64,000 nt of DNA from an uncultured Spirochaetia bacterium (lineage in GTDB: Bacteria > Spirochaetota > JAHITG01 > CAZBCL01). Location of the stretch: NCBI GenBank assembly GCA_964490645.1, contig CAZBCL010000001.1:194334-258333 (forward strand), written 5' to 3'. Numbering within the stretch: the stretch's first letter is position 1; every line of letters begins with the position of its first letter. The notes under the pieces are model-generated. The model did no database searches and was not told the DNA's origin. It saw nothing but the letters and a program-made list of their open reading frames with translations. Below are positions 49,683 through 60,327 of the stretch, piece after piece. Position numbers and translations under genes: made by a program.

Positions 49683-50270
49683 TTAGGAATCAAATAAAAT
49701 AACTTCTACCAACTCGCAAATAAGATGATATATAATCTGATGCCCTTCTTGAACACGCGGAGTACGCCGAGCAGGAACAATAATCTCATGTGAGCAGACA
49801 CCACGCAATTTCCCGCCGTCTTTACCAAGGAGTGCAATAGTCTTACATTTTTGCGTATGTGCAGCTTTCACGGCTTCAAGACAATTCGGTGAATTGCCGC
49901 TTGTTGTAATAACAATAATGACGTCACCTTCCTGACCCAATCCTTCTACCTGTCGCGAAAATACGGTTTCATATGAATAATCATTACTCCATGCCGTCAT
50001 GGTCGATGTATTTGCTGAAAGAGCGATTACCGGCAATGCCCGCCGCTCGCGTTTTTCAAAACGCCCGATAAGCTCTGCGGTCCAATGCTGTGCATCAGCG
50101 GCACTTCCTCCATTACCGCATATAAGAACTTTATTCTGATTCGCCAGTGCTGCAGCAATTATCTCAGCTGCCGTAATAATATTTTTTGTTAATTTCTTAT
50201 GAATTTCGTCATGCACTCTTCGGGATTCATCAAAAGTTTGCTGTATTATTGTATTAAATATTTCATTCAT
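49683..50270 (-). CDS. gmhA: Phosphoheptose isomerase (D-sedoheptulose-7-phosphate isomerase), SIS domain.
   Basis: LICGNGGSAADAQHWTAEL and IIVITTSGNSPN motifs of GmhA. 195 aa. Confidence 0.9.
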   Translation of the reverse strand: MNEIFNTIIQQTFDESRRVHDEIHKKLTKNIITAAEIIAAALANQNKVLICGNGGSAADAQHWTAELIGRFEKRERRALPVIALSANTSTMTAWSNDYSYETVFSRQVEGLGQEGDVIIVITTSGNSPNCLEAVKAAHTQKCKTIALLGKDGGKLRGVCSHEIIVPARRTPRVQEGHQIIYHLICELVEVILFDS

Positions 50271-50459
50271 TGGTATATTGTAAATGTATTTACTGCAATG
50301 TCAATTATTTCATTTTCCGTATTATGAAATAATATAAGTATCTCCCCCACACGCATTCTCATTTTACAATCTCTGCACTACTGATACCTCATTTTCAATT
50401 TTACTCTTATACAGATGCCCGGATAATACAACCTGAAATAAAAGGAGAATTCAGGGGAA

Positions 50460-53400
50460 TTATAATCGTTTCAATAATTGATATGCCTGCACATTTGCCG
50501 GATCATATCGCAATGCTTGAACACATCGGCGCTGCGCCGTTTTTGCATTGCCCGCAGTCAGATCCAATTCCGCTAATCGAAGCAATGCATCAACATTATG
50601 TGGATCACGCTGCAGTGTTTTTTGATAATACTCGCGTGCTTGTATTTTATCACCGCTGCGTAAATAAATATCACCAAGCTGCAGATCAAAATGAAACCCT
50701 TCATCAGTTTCACGTGATAATGCTTCAAGTTTCGATATTGCAACATCAGGCATTCCAACTTGATAGTATACCATTGCTTCTATTTCACGAATATTAAAAT
50801 TATTACATCGCCGATTATATTCATTTGCCAATATAGTATACTTCTGACATAACGGACCGTATTTTTCCGTATCTTTCGGAATTAAACCGAAATAATGCCG
50901 CGCAAGTTTAATATTTATATTTTTATATGTCGGATCAATATTCGCAATATCTTTGTAGCGTTGTATCATTTCATTAGTATTTCCAAGTCGGCGCATCATT
51001 TGCGCATCAAAATAATACCGATCAATAACAACTTGTGATGCAGAATAATTCGCCGGATTAACTTCTATGAGTTCAGAGCAGAGATTATACATTTTAGTTT
51101 CAAGATGATCATATTCTTTTTGACGCTCATCCGGCGCCATCCGATCAATTGAATTCATTGTATCTAAAATGCCGGTCAACTCAATTAATCTGCCTTCATG
51201 TTCCCACACCCGATCAATTGAACGCAGCAGCCGCATATACTTTTCATCACCGCTTGACGGAGAAATATAATTAAGCACTCTACTGCGATGTTCAAATAAA
51301 TCCCGTAATTCATCAGCTGTTGCTCGTTTATACAAACTCAACGGCATTTGATATGCTGCCCGAATACCGGTATTTTTAATAATCGCCCCTTCTCCTGCCC
51401 ATGCACGCAGATCGGCATCAGCACAGATAAATGTCGAGATAATTGATTCAACGGAATTGAGTTTGTTCAATGCAAGCACGGTCTGTAATGTCATTGTATC
51501 AAGCCGCCGCTGTACTTGCGGAAGATCAAACTCAATCGGAATATCTGCTCCCATAAGAATATATTCCGAACCGTAATGTGCCTGAAACAACGCAGCATGA
51601 TCAAATACCGAAATGAATGTTTGAATAAAAGATTTTATATCAGTATTGTTTATATCATACATCGGCAGCAGAACACATACATATCCATCATCCGACATGC
51701 GTTCATGTATTCCTGATAATACAGAATATGATAATTCTGCACCGGTAGTCAGAGCATTTATTTCATACCGCATAATAATACTGTCATATTTTTCACCAAG
51801 ATAATGTATAGCAGATGGAGTTCCATAGCGGATTTTTAACCGCTCATCGCTCCATACTTTGTATGAGAAGAGGTCGAAATACTCCTTTTGTAATGCGACA
51901 TCATGATATGACGGTGAAAGATAGGTTATTGTTTTTAATTTATACAATCCTGCAGATCCCAAAGTAATTCCGAGACCACTGCCGGCAACCAGCACTGAGG
52001 TCGGTTGTTTATGCAGCAACAACGGTATATGAGCCAATAACTGCTGCATTACAACATCATTGCGTGATGCAAGGCAGGCATATCCGTTTTCCAATAGTAC
52101 TGCATTATTTTCTGACGCTTCATCAATAATCGTAAACGCCGTTCCAAATTCTTCAGCCGTTGTTTCAAAGCGCCGGTTCAGTAATGCCGCACGATGAAGA
52201 AGTGTATCACTCGCCCATGGTCGCTGCTCAAGCAATTCCCCCGCCTGCGACTGCAGTTCAGGAGCTTTATTAAATGCACCAATTGCCATAAGACGTATAT
52301 CCGACGGAATAATGATGATTAAACAAAGGAAAACAATCAGTATTACAAATGGGAAAATCGCTTTTTGAATACGAATGACCGTAGTGCGTGTGAATGCATT
52401 GAGAATTGCCGCTATGCCCAGTATCCCCACTGCACTTATGAACGAATAATATGAACCGATTGCCGCAACACCACATAATGCAATACCACAGACACCGAAT
52501 ACTGTTCCAAGTAAAAACATTCGTGCATTTTTTCTCCGTACTGTCATTGCGTCGCTGATAAAATCCCGCAATAAATGCGGCATACAAAATAATTGCCCAA
52601 GCATTAATCCCCATACAAATGCGGGAATAATAATAATCAGCGCATAGCGATACGTCAGCCATACATAAAAAAACGGCATCATCAGATTGCGCGACGTCAT
52701 TGCTGCTGCCTGATTCATCTCAGAAAATAACTGATTTAGATACATAACCGAATGTACCGGAATACCACGAAGCAGCAATAATGATACAAACACGGTCAGT
52801 ATACTTATCAGTACCACTGCTGATTCTATGTGTGCAGTAGGATTATTCTTTTTAAATGCAATTGAACGTACCAGCCACCCGACACCGACTCCTGTTATAA
52901 AGAATACCAGTATGCGAAGTGTAATTCCCCATGAAGTCCCACCGACAAGATTGCCTAGATACCAGACCAGTAAAGCCGTTCCGGTCATTCCAACACCGAT
53001 ACAAAATGCGGATACCTGCTTGAATATACGTATTATTTGCTGCTGACGCAGTGCATGTATTTCCGGTGATTGACTGGTATCAGATACATGCATATGCTGT
53101 ACACGAGCATCCGAGGCTGATGTATGCTCACCAGCCGGTAATGTCCGTACTCCAAGTGCGCGTCCGCGATAGAGCCATAACAAACCAACACCCGGCAGAA
53201 TACTAACCCCGCATAAAACTGCAATAATAGAAATATCCATATGCGGTAATACCATGAAGCCAACAAGTGCAAAACCAAATGCAGCACTGAGAATAAATAC
53301 CCCTGCAGCTGAAAGCACATGCTGCTCTTTGCGTTTAAAACTAACAATACATTCCCTTATTGCTTGAAATCCAAAGTGTACGGCAAATACCGGAACCGCA

Positions 53401-53771
53401 AAAAAAACAAATGCGCCGATACTCTGAGCAATAATTAACCCCGATAGTGTAGCATTCAGCACATTAAACAACGGAGCATACAACCATGCAACAGCGCGAA
53501 TAATAACCGGTGTTAAAACCGTAAAAATAATAAATACTATCAATGCAAAGAGTGCACTATTTCTCGGACCGTGAAAAACCCGATCCCGCAGGCTCGTCAT
53601 TGAAGAATGTAAACTCATTATACTTAATAGAACAAGTGAACAACTGCCTATTAATACCGGCATTATCGTTCCGTCGCCCCCCAACATTAATGCAAGTGAA
53701 CGAAGCCAAACGGGCAGTATTCCGCCGCAGCCGATACCAAAAAATATTATTGCAAAATAAAATATATTCAT
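50460..53771 (-). CDS. Giant fusion protein: polytopic membrane domain + spermidine-synthase-like (PABS-fold) domain + C-terminal TPR repeats (1103 aa).
   Basis: About 14 TM helices in the N-terminal half. Gly-rich Rossmann loop VLVAGSGLGITLGSAG. TPR repeats at the C-terminus. Its ATG overlaps the TAA of the upstream paralog by 1 nt. Confidence 0.7.
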   Translation of the reverse strand: MNIFYFAIIFFGIGCGGILPVWLRSLALMLGGDGTIMPVLIGSCSLVLLSIMSLHSSMTSLRDRVFHGPRNSALFALIVFIIFTVLTPVIIRAVAWLYAPLFNVLNATLSGLIIAQSIGAFVFFAVPVFAVHFGFQAIRECIVSFKRKEQHVLSAAGVFILSAAFGFALVGFMVLPHMDISIIAVLCGVSILPGVGLLWLYRGRALGVRTLPAGEHTSASDARVQHMHVSDTSQSPEIHALRQQQIIRIFKQVSAFCIGVGMTGTALLVWYLGNLVGGTSWGITLRILVFFITGVGVGWLVRSIAFKKNNPTAHIESAVVLISILTVFVSLLLLRGIPVHSVMYLNQLFSEMNQAAAMTSRNLMMPFFYVWLTYRYALIIIIPAFVWGLMLGQLFCMPHLLRDFISDAMTVRRKNARMFLLGTVFGVCGIALCGVAAIGSYYSFISAVGILGIAAILNAFTRTTVIRIQKAIFPFVILIVFLCLIIIIPSDIRLMAIGAFNKAPELQSQAGELLEQRPWASDTLLHRAALLNRRFETTAEEFGTAFTIIDEASENNAVLLENGYACLASRNDVVMQQLLAHIPLLLHKQPTSVLVAGSGLGITLGSAGLYKLKTITYLSPSYHDVALQKEYFDLFSYKVWSDERLKIRYGTPSAIHYLGEKYDSIIMRYEINALTTGAELSYSVLSGIHERMSDDGYVCVLLPMYDINNTDIKSFIQTFISVFDHAALFQAHYGSEYILMGADIPIEFDLPQVQRRLDTMTLQTVLALNKLNSVESIISTFICADADLRAWAGEGAIIKNTGIRAAYQMPLSLYKRATADELRDLFEHRSRVLNYISPSSGDEKYMRLLRSIDRVWEHEGRLIELTGILDTMNSIDRMAPDERQKEYDHLETKMYNLCSELIEVNPANYSASQVVIDRYYFDAQMMRRLGNTNEMIQRYKDIANIDPTYKNINIKLARHYFGLIPKDTEKYGPLCQKYTILANEYNRRCNNFNIREIEAMVYYQVGMPDVAISKLEALSRETDEGFHFDLQLGDIYLRSGDKIQAREYYQKTLQRDPHNVDALLRLAELDLTAGNAKTAQRRCVQALRYDPANVQAYQLLKRL

Positions 53772-56700
53772 TAATACCTCTGCATTAACGTACGCATTCC
53801 TTCAGCCGCTTCTGCATTATTAGGATCAATACGTAATGCTTTTTGAAAATATCGCCGAGCATTATCGCCGTTTCCTTCGGATAATGCAATGAAACCAAGA
53901 TACGCTAATGCATTCGGATGCCGCGGATTAAACTTCAGCACTGTCTGAAATGCCAGTGCCGCTTCTTTTCTATTTCCCGGTTCAATTTGCTCCATTAACA
54001 TATAATACCTGCCGAGAGCATAGTATCCCCGTGGATTTTCCGGATCATGGGCAACTATTGTACGATACTTTTCTCCTGCCTCAAAATAGTTGCCGGCATA
54101 AAATAATACATCAGCATACGCACCGATAATGTCATCTTCCGTCCAATTTCGATTAAATATAAGCGCTTTATCCAGCATGGTAAATGCCTTCGTATAATTT
54201 GTTCGACTAACATAATAATCTGCCAGCATTACCCAAATGCGTTTATATTCAGGATACAGTTTTGTTATCTTTTCCATATATTCACGGTAAACAGCATCCT
54301 GTTTATAATTCCGCTCAGCGTATTGCTGATAGTAACCTGCCATATATTTCAATGCTTCAGGATGATGCGGATTGTATTCAAGAATCTGCTGCATATTACT
54401 CATTGCTTTTACTGCAAGTAATGAACGATGCAGATGGGAATGCGTCTCCGGAAGCTGAACCGTATCAAGGTAGAGCATACGAGCTTTGTGTATCATATCC
54501 TGCATAAACGCCATACCAAGGTCAAGCCCTGTTGCCGAATAGTGATCAATATAATTGGTAACTGCAACAACATCGCTATATAAGGCACGCTGTTCTTCAA
54601 TAGATACTGTTGTATTCGGATGCCGTAAAAATCGACGTTGCGGCAAATACTGCCCGTCGCTATTTATCTGATAGTGAACCGTATCATGATCAAACACATC
54701 TTCGGGGTCATCAGTAAGAAATGTTGCAAGCAAATACTGCAGCGATACAATGTGCCGGCGTTCCAGATCAGAAAATAAAAATAGATCTGAAAGATTCTTT
54801 TCCGCACGATTATAATCACAGATTGGTTTTTTCTGTGCAGCAAGTATAATATAATCCGTTCCGGCAAGTATTTCAAAAACGAGAATATGTTTAAATTCAC
54901 GCCGCAGTGCGGCAACTGATGATACTAATGCTTCAACACCGCCATCGCGTATCATACAACGCTCAGCATATATTCCGTTCTTGGTCATTCGTCGTTTTAC
55001 AAGTTTATAAAACTCACCGGTCCGACAAACCCCGATATGTTCATCAGGTATGGCGGGAGTATTATTAACAATAATATCATAATGTTTCCTTGTACACTGC
55101 AAATGCATTCTGCCTGAAAGCGGCACCACGGAAACGGCATTTTGTTTATAAACATCGCCGTTCAACAGTTTCGTATACCGCTGATACGTATCGACATACC
55201 CGGGAAACAACGGAGCAACATCAATAGTCATTAACTCACGATATAAACTTGCGCTTGCCGCAGTAATACCAACACCGCCTTCCATAATAAACATACTCAC
55301 CGGACGATCGGCAAATATAATCGGCAAATGTGCAGCAAGAACATTTCCCCGACTGCTGATGCCGGTAGTAACATCATCAGTCCCATTCAGTATAAACTGT
55401 GTAGTATTATCAATTGAAATAAGCTGGGCAAATCCATCCGGGGTCAGTGCAGCAAAATCAACCTTATCAGCAAGAACATCCCATCCTGAATATCCCGAAT
55501 CAGGTGTCCGATATGCACTGCCGGATAATGCTGACAGCGGAAATGTTCCGCGTAGTACAACGGCAAAAACAATCGTGATAATAAAGCCGCTTAATAGCGC
55601 ATAATTAATACCCTGCAGTTTTTCATTAATACGACGAGCGACTGCAATGATATACACTATTGATAATCCTAATACCGCATACCATAGTATTCGAAGCATC
55701 TGCGCATGCATCAATACTCCGCTGAATACATATAAAGCGCCAATACCGATAAGAAGCACGAAAAGACTATTGTAATTAATACGAAGTGCCGACTTTTTTG
55801 CATCAGCATCGAATCGAATCAGTGCCGCATATAATGACAATCCGATACCGATTCCAATAAACGCCATCGTTTTTAATGCAATACTATAACTATGAATAAA
55901 ATAGCCTGCCGGTGTTTTATGAATATACTCCAGCTCATGTATACTAATACGCGGCAAACTTACCGCTGCTATCCAAACCCCGATACCAAGAAGGACTAAT
56001 CCCAATACTCCCGTTATAGAATGCCGACGCAGTATTTGTATATACTGTACAATAATTATGCCTGCAATAATTGCCGTCAGCAATGCTGCAATAAATGCTG
56101 ATCGTTCCAATAGTGTCGGGGCAAGAATAGATTTCAATAATGAACTAAAAACAACTATACTGATAAATCCCCAAAGAACACTTACCGAAGAAACGATACT
56201 ATACCATGACCATTCTGAAGATACCGTTTTTTGTATACTATTGGCAGTGTGATTTTTCAGTGTAGCTCGATATACCACTGTAAGGATAATACAGCCGATA
56301 CCAAGAACAATACGCATCGGCATTAAGCCGACATAGGTCAATAACCATCCGCTTGCCGCCTGACCAATAATTGAACCGACACCGAGAAAAATAACAATCC
56401 GTGTTGTATCGATACTCTCATGATTGGTATGACCGTGCAGCGGAATATGTATGAAAAGACGCATTACCATAAACAGCGGCAGTGTTACCAAACCAATACA
56501 GGAGAGCACCATCCAAATATACATAAACACCATTGTTCGTTCATATGGCTGATATGCATATGTACCAACAAACACGAATAAATATTTAAATAACGGCCAT
56601 AGTATAAGCAAAATAGCAGGTATATATAAACCGAATAATGCATTATATTGTTTCATTCCGACATGCACTGCTGTTCCGGTACGTTGATTTTTAAAATTAA

Positions 56701-56884
56701 TCAGTACTGATGCAGCAATACCGGATAAAATACAGATGATAACAAGAATACGAGGGAACGCATCAAAGCCAAATACAAATCCGGCAGATTGCTGAAGCGT
56801 GTTAATAAAAACAGCAAGCACTGCTCCGACTGTAATATATGGAAGAAAAGTAAAATGTTTATCAGTATGCATGTGTGTTTCCAT
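53771..56884 (-). CDS. Paralogous giant fusion protein: membrane domain + spermidine-synthase-like domain + TPR repeats (1037 aa).
   Basis: Same architecture as the neighbour. FIMEGGVGITAASAS Rossmann loop. C-terminal TPRs (AYLGFIALSEGNGDNARRYFQKALRIDPNNAEA). Confidence 0.7.
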   Translation of the reverse strand: METHMHTDKHFTFLPYITVGAVLAVFINTLQQSAGFVFGFDAFPRILVIICILSGIAASVLINFKNQRTGTAVHVGMKQYNALFGLYIPAILLILWPLFKYLFVFVGTYAYQPYERTMVFMYIWMVLSCIGLVTLPLFMVMRLFIHIPLHGHTNHESIDTTRIVIFLGVGSIIGQAASGWLLTYVGLMPMRIVLGIGCIILTVVYRATLKNHTANSIQKTVSSEWSWYSIVSSVSVLWGFISIVVFSSLLKSILAPTLLERSAFIAALLTAIIAGIIIVQYIQILRRHSITGVLGLVLLGIGVWIAAVSLPRISIHELEYIHKTPAGYFIHSYSIALKTMAFIGIGIGLSLYAALIRFDADAKKSALRINYNSLFVLLIGIGALYVFSGVLMHAQMLRILWYAVLGLSIVYIIAVARRINEKLQGINYALLSGFIITIVFAVVLRGTFPLSALSGSAYRTPDSGYSGWDVLADKVDFAALTPDGFAQLISIDNTTQFILNGTDDVTTGISSRGNVLAAHLPIIFADRPVSMFIMEGGVGITAASASLYRELMTIDVAPLFPGYVDTYQRYTKLLNGDVYKQNAVSVVPLSGRMHLQCTRKHYDIIVNNTPAIPDEHIGVCRTGEFYKLVKRRMTKNGIYAERCMIRDGGVEALVSSVAALRREFKHILVFEILAGTDYIILAAQKKPICDYNRAEKNLSDLFLFSDLERRHIVSLQYLLATFLTDDPEDVFDHDTVHYQINSDGQYLPQRRFLRHPNTTVSIEEQRALYSDVVAVTNYIDHYSATGLDLGMAFMQDMIHKARMLYLDTVQLPETHSHLHRSLLAVKAMSNMQQILEYNPHHPEALKYMAGYYQQYAERNYKQDAVYREYMEKITKLYPEYKRIWVMLADYYVSRTNYTKAFTMLDKALIFNRNWTEDDIIGAYADVLFYAGNYFEAGEKYRTIVAHDPENPRGYYALGRYYMLMEQIEPGNRKEAALAFQTVLKFNPRHPNALAYLGFIALSEGNGDNARRYFQKALRIDPNNAEAAEGMRTLMQRY

Positions 56885-57167
56885 GAGCCTATATTATAAT
56901 GACCATTTTAGTAAAGTCAAATCAAAAGGATAGGCAACACTATATTTTATAGAAAATAAAAAATAGTACTAAAGTATTTTACATGATTTTTATCTCCCGC
57001 GAAAATTATTTTAAAAAAAAATAATCCTGTGATTAAGAATTAATACGTTTCCGACGATACTATGATTAGCCGAAAGAATGCACTGTAAATTCGGAAAAGT
57101 TGTTTTTTCGTTTTTACAGCAGCCGCAGAGGCAAGGACGCTTCTGTGTAATTTCAAGGAGGAAGAAA

Positions 57168-58025
57168 ATGATTATTAATCACAATCTAAGCGCGATCTTT
57201 GCACATCGCACACTCAAATTCACGAACTGGGAAGTTAACAAAAGCATGGAAGCTCTCAGTTCGGGAATGCGCATTAACCGAGCCGGTGACGACGCATCCG
57301 GTCTTGCCGTTTCGGAAAAAATGCGTTCACAGATTCGCGGTCTTCGCCAGGCAGAACGCAATGCCGAAGACGGAATCAGTTTAATTCAGGTTTCTGAAGG
57401 ATATCTGCAGGAAAGCCAGGACATCCTTCAACGCATCCGCGAATTATCAATTCAGTCTTCAAACGGTGTTTACACCTCTGAAGACCGTATGCAGATTCAG
57501 GTTGAAGTCAGCCAATTGGTTGACGAAATCGATCGTATCGCATCACAAAGTGAATTCAACAGGATGACGCTCCTGACGGGTCGTTTCTCCGATCCGCGTG
57601 CCGGCGGTATTCCGCTTGCATCAATGTGGTTCCACATCGGTCCGAATAAGGACCAACGAGAACGTGTCTATGTTGGCACTATGTCAGCAAAAGGACTTTG
57701 GGTACGTCGGCAGGATGACAGCATTGTCTCTATCTCAACCCCGGAATTAGCAAACGCTACTATCGGTGTTGTCGATCGTGCACTGACCAAAGTTTCAAAA
57801 CAGCGGGCAGATCTAGGCGCTTACCAAAACCGTATGGAACATGCTTCACGCGGTTTAATGTCTGCGTACGAAAATATGCAGGCAGCTGAAAGCCGTATCC
57901 GTGACGTTGACATGGCTGAAGAAATGGTTAATTTTGTTACTCATCAAATTCTTGTTCAGAGCGGTACCGCTATGTTAGCACAAGCAAATCTAAAGCCGCA
58001 GACTGTTCTTCAGTTACTTGGCTAA
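57168..58025 (+). CDS. flaB: Flagellar filament core flagellin FlaB (286 aa). The listed ORF carries a 30-aa spurious N-terminal extension.
   Basis: [18 protein letters not shown]...[26 protein letters not shown]...C-terminal [31 protein letters not shown] ribosome-binding site 7 nt upstream. Confidence 0.95.
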   Translation: MIINHNLSAIFAHRTLKFTNWEVNKSMEALSSGMRINRAGDDASGLAVSEKMRSQIRGLRQAERNAEDGISLIQVSEGYLQESQDILQRIRELSIQSSNGVYTSEDRMQIQVEVSQLVDEIDRIASQSEFNRMTLLTGRFSDPRAGGIPLASMWFHIGPNKDQRERVYVGTMSAKGLWVRRQDDSIVSISTPELANATIGVVDRALTKVSKQRADLGAYQNRMEHASRGLMSAYENMQAAESRIRDVDMAEEMVNFVTHQILVQSGTAMLAQANLKPQTVLQLLG

Positions 58026-58071
58026 AAGAGAAGACGTGTAAAAACACACTTCCTTCTTCTCAAACAATAAG

Positions 58072-58099
58072 AGCCGGCCTTTGTGGCCGGCTTTTTTTA
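58072..58099 (+). terminator. Rho-independent terminator of flaB.
   Basis: AGCCGGCC-TTTGT-GGCCGGCT followed by TTTTTTT. Confidence 0.8.
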
Positions 58100-58253
58100 T
58101 TACAATTCTACGCCCGTATATACACTGCTTTGTATATCTTTATATACACCATGTAATTAATACTACTGTATTATACCTTGCCGATCCGTATAAAACGCAT
58201 TATAGTATACCGGTATATATAAATAATCTTTACCTCAATGAAAGGATACTGCA

Positions 58254-58607
58254 ATGACTGATGAAAAAAACACCTCCGAAAAGCCTCAACCCGAGGTCAA
58301 AGAAATTACCTTCGATGACATTAAGCATACTGTTACAATGAAAGTTCGTGCGTTAGAAGAACACTTTACGACATGGAAAGATACCATAAAAGCACAAACC
58401 GATATTAATCAAACTGAATATGAACAACAAATGAAAGTTTTTAATGAAAAAATAGCTGATGTTGAAAGTAAAATAAAAACACTCAAAGACAAAGCTGTTA
58501 CAAAAGGCAAAGAAGTCAGCACAACGATGAAAACCACTATTGCTGCTGCAGAAGAAGAGTTTCAAAAAATTGCCGGGAATGTTAAAGCGTTCTTTTCAAA
58601 AAAATAA
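58254..58607 (+). CDS. Hypothetical coiled-coil protein (117 aa).
   Basis: K/E-rich with heptad periodicity. Candidate TTGCCG-N17-TATAGT promoter at 58178..58206. AAAGGA ribosome-binding site. Confidence 0.5.
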   Translation: MTDEKNTSEKPQPEVKEITFDDIKHTVTMKVRALEEHFTTWKDTIKAQTDINQTEYEQQMKVFNEKIADVESKIKTLKDKAVTKGKEVSTTMKTTIAAAEEEFQKIAGNVKAFFSKK

Positions 58608-58674
58608 TAGCCTCAGTACTGCAATGACAAGTATAGTATTATTGTGAAACATGAGCATGACATATAAAACATTT

Positions 58675-59631
58675 CTATATTCCGGCAAGCTCTTTATATA
58701 GTTTTACAACACTCGCCCATGCCTTCGCCGGTTGTACACATGCTTCATTCGTACCTTCACCGCCGCGATATGACCATGTATACAATGAATCAACACCAAC
58801 CTCAGCAAGTTTTAAACCGCCGGTATATACTTCTTCCTCACGGCCGGCCGGGATCATCCAACAACCAAGCCACACCTGTGATTCCTTGCCGTTCTGTATG
58901 CATAGTTCTTTCATTTCTTGTGTACACGCAACAGCATCATCAATACTTAACGGCGGTATATTAACACTAATCCAGTATGGGTCAGTACCGAAAACATCAA
59001 GGTCGTCAATTGCCGCAGCTTGTTCAAATAATTCCCGATCACGCGGCATCAGGCAGGTTATCGTTTTTAATGACGAATCAAATTCTTTTACCCGACGACA
59101 CAATGTTGCGGTATATCCTGCAACAGCCTCATGGCGAAACGCACGATATGCATCACTTTGAATACAATCATGTAAATTTTTATTATATCGTTCTTTAAAT
59201 TTTTGAACACAGTATTCACAAAAACATTCCTGTGGTGTTGGTTCATCAATAAAAATACCCTTATACCCGTTATCACGAACACGCTGAGTAAACATTAAAA
59301 ATCGTTCAATAAGCGCAGGATTATTAAGACACGCCCGTCCGATTAATGTACCATTCTGTGTACGCTGCCATACATCGGTGTTTTTCAACATAAAACCGGA
59401 CATGCGCCCGCCGCCGAATGTATTGGCAAATCCCCAAACCACTGCATAGGGAATGATCCCGCGCTTTTCAGCAGCACGCGCCCCATACTGCAGCGCCCCC
59501 CGTAAAATATGAAAATTGTTTTCCTGTAATGCAAATAAAACTTCAGTAACCCCCATTGCCGCCATATCATCTAAATCTTTTTCAATATGTTCCGGCAGAA
59601 ATGCGGGAATGTATGATACACCACGTTTCAT
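58675..59631 (-). CDS. Hypothetical TIM-barrel glycoside-hydrolase-like protein. Start trimmed to MKRGVSYIP.
   Basis: Alternating beta/alpha pattern. GIFIDEP resembles the acid/base NEP motif of clan GH-A. Weak assignment. Confidence 0.35.
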   Translation of the reverse strand: MKRGVSYIPAFLPEHIEKDLDDMAAMGVTEVLFALQENNFHILRGALQYGARAAEKRGIIPYAVVWGFANTFGGGRMSGFMLKNTDVWQRTQNGTLIGRACLNNPALIERFLMFTQRVRDNGYKGIFIDEPTPQECFCEYCVQKFKERYNKNLHDCIQSDAYRAFRHEAVAGYTATLCRRVKEFDSSLKTITCLMPRDRELFEQAAAIDDLDVFGTDPYWISVNIPPLSIDDAVACTQEMKELCIQNGKESQVWLGCWMIPAGREEEVYTGGLKLAEVGVDSLYTWSYRGGEGTNEACVQPAKAWASVVKLYKELAGI

Positions 59632-59761
59632 AGTTATTCTCTTTCTCAAGTAAATATCCGTATATAATGCAAATACATTTACCGGCGAATGACATCTGAA
59701 GAGAAGTCTCACTGTATTGTATGCAGCAGTAAAATGTACACGCCACTATTAGCACAGTATA

Positions 59762-60223
59762 TTATAACAGAGTAAATAAGGTATCAATACCTTGTTGTAT
59801 CAGTGAAAAACTTTTTTCAAACAGCTCGTATGAGTGCATATACGGATCAGGCACCTCATTATCAGTACCGTTGGTATATGCCAGAAATGTCTGTATTTTT
59901 TTTGTCGCATCAGGAAAACGTTCCCGTAATACATTTGCATGATTTTCTTCCATAGCTAATATAATATCCGCATCATCAATAAATAATCGTGAAACCGGTC
60001 GTGCGGTATGCGCCTGCATATTAATTCCATTATGTTCAAGGAGCCGTATCATCTCTTCAGCAGCAGGTATACCGCGACGAGCAGCAATACCGGCAGAGCG
60101 TGCACGTATATTAGACCCCTCCTGCATTGCACGATAATTAAAATAGTACTCTGCCGCAGGTGAGCGGCAAATATTACCGTAACAGATAAACAGAATGGTA
60201 TTAACCGATGATATTTTTTTCAT
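59762..60223 (-). CDS. Low-molecular-weight protein tyrosine phosphatase. Start trimmed to MKKISSV.
   Basis: P-loop ILFICYGNICRSPAAE (CX5R). DPY motif near the C-terminus. Confidence 0.85.
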   Translation of the reverse strand: MKKISSVNTILFICYGNICRSPAAEYYFNYRAMQEGSNIRARSAGIAARRGIPAAEEMIRLLEHNGINMQAHTARPVSRLFIDDADIILAMEENHANVLRERFPDATKKIQTFLAYTNGTDNEVPDPYMHSYELFEKSFSLIQQGIDTLFTLL

Positions 60224-60327
60224 TATACTGCCTGCCGTTATTATTGTATAGACGTGAAATACCATTGACACCGACATACAAGCATGTCATTATTTTCACT
60301 ATACGGTTATATCATACAGGGGAGGGG

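Noticed and set aside
57040-57110. Possible sigma-28 promoter (CCGACGATA / GCCGAAAG elements) upstream of flaB
   Set aside because: Neither candidate has a TAAA -35 element at about 15-nt spacing. Matches to GCCGATAA are 6/8 at best with wrong spacing.
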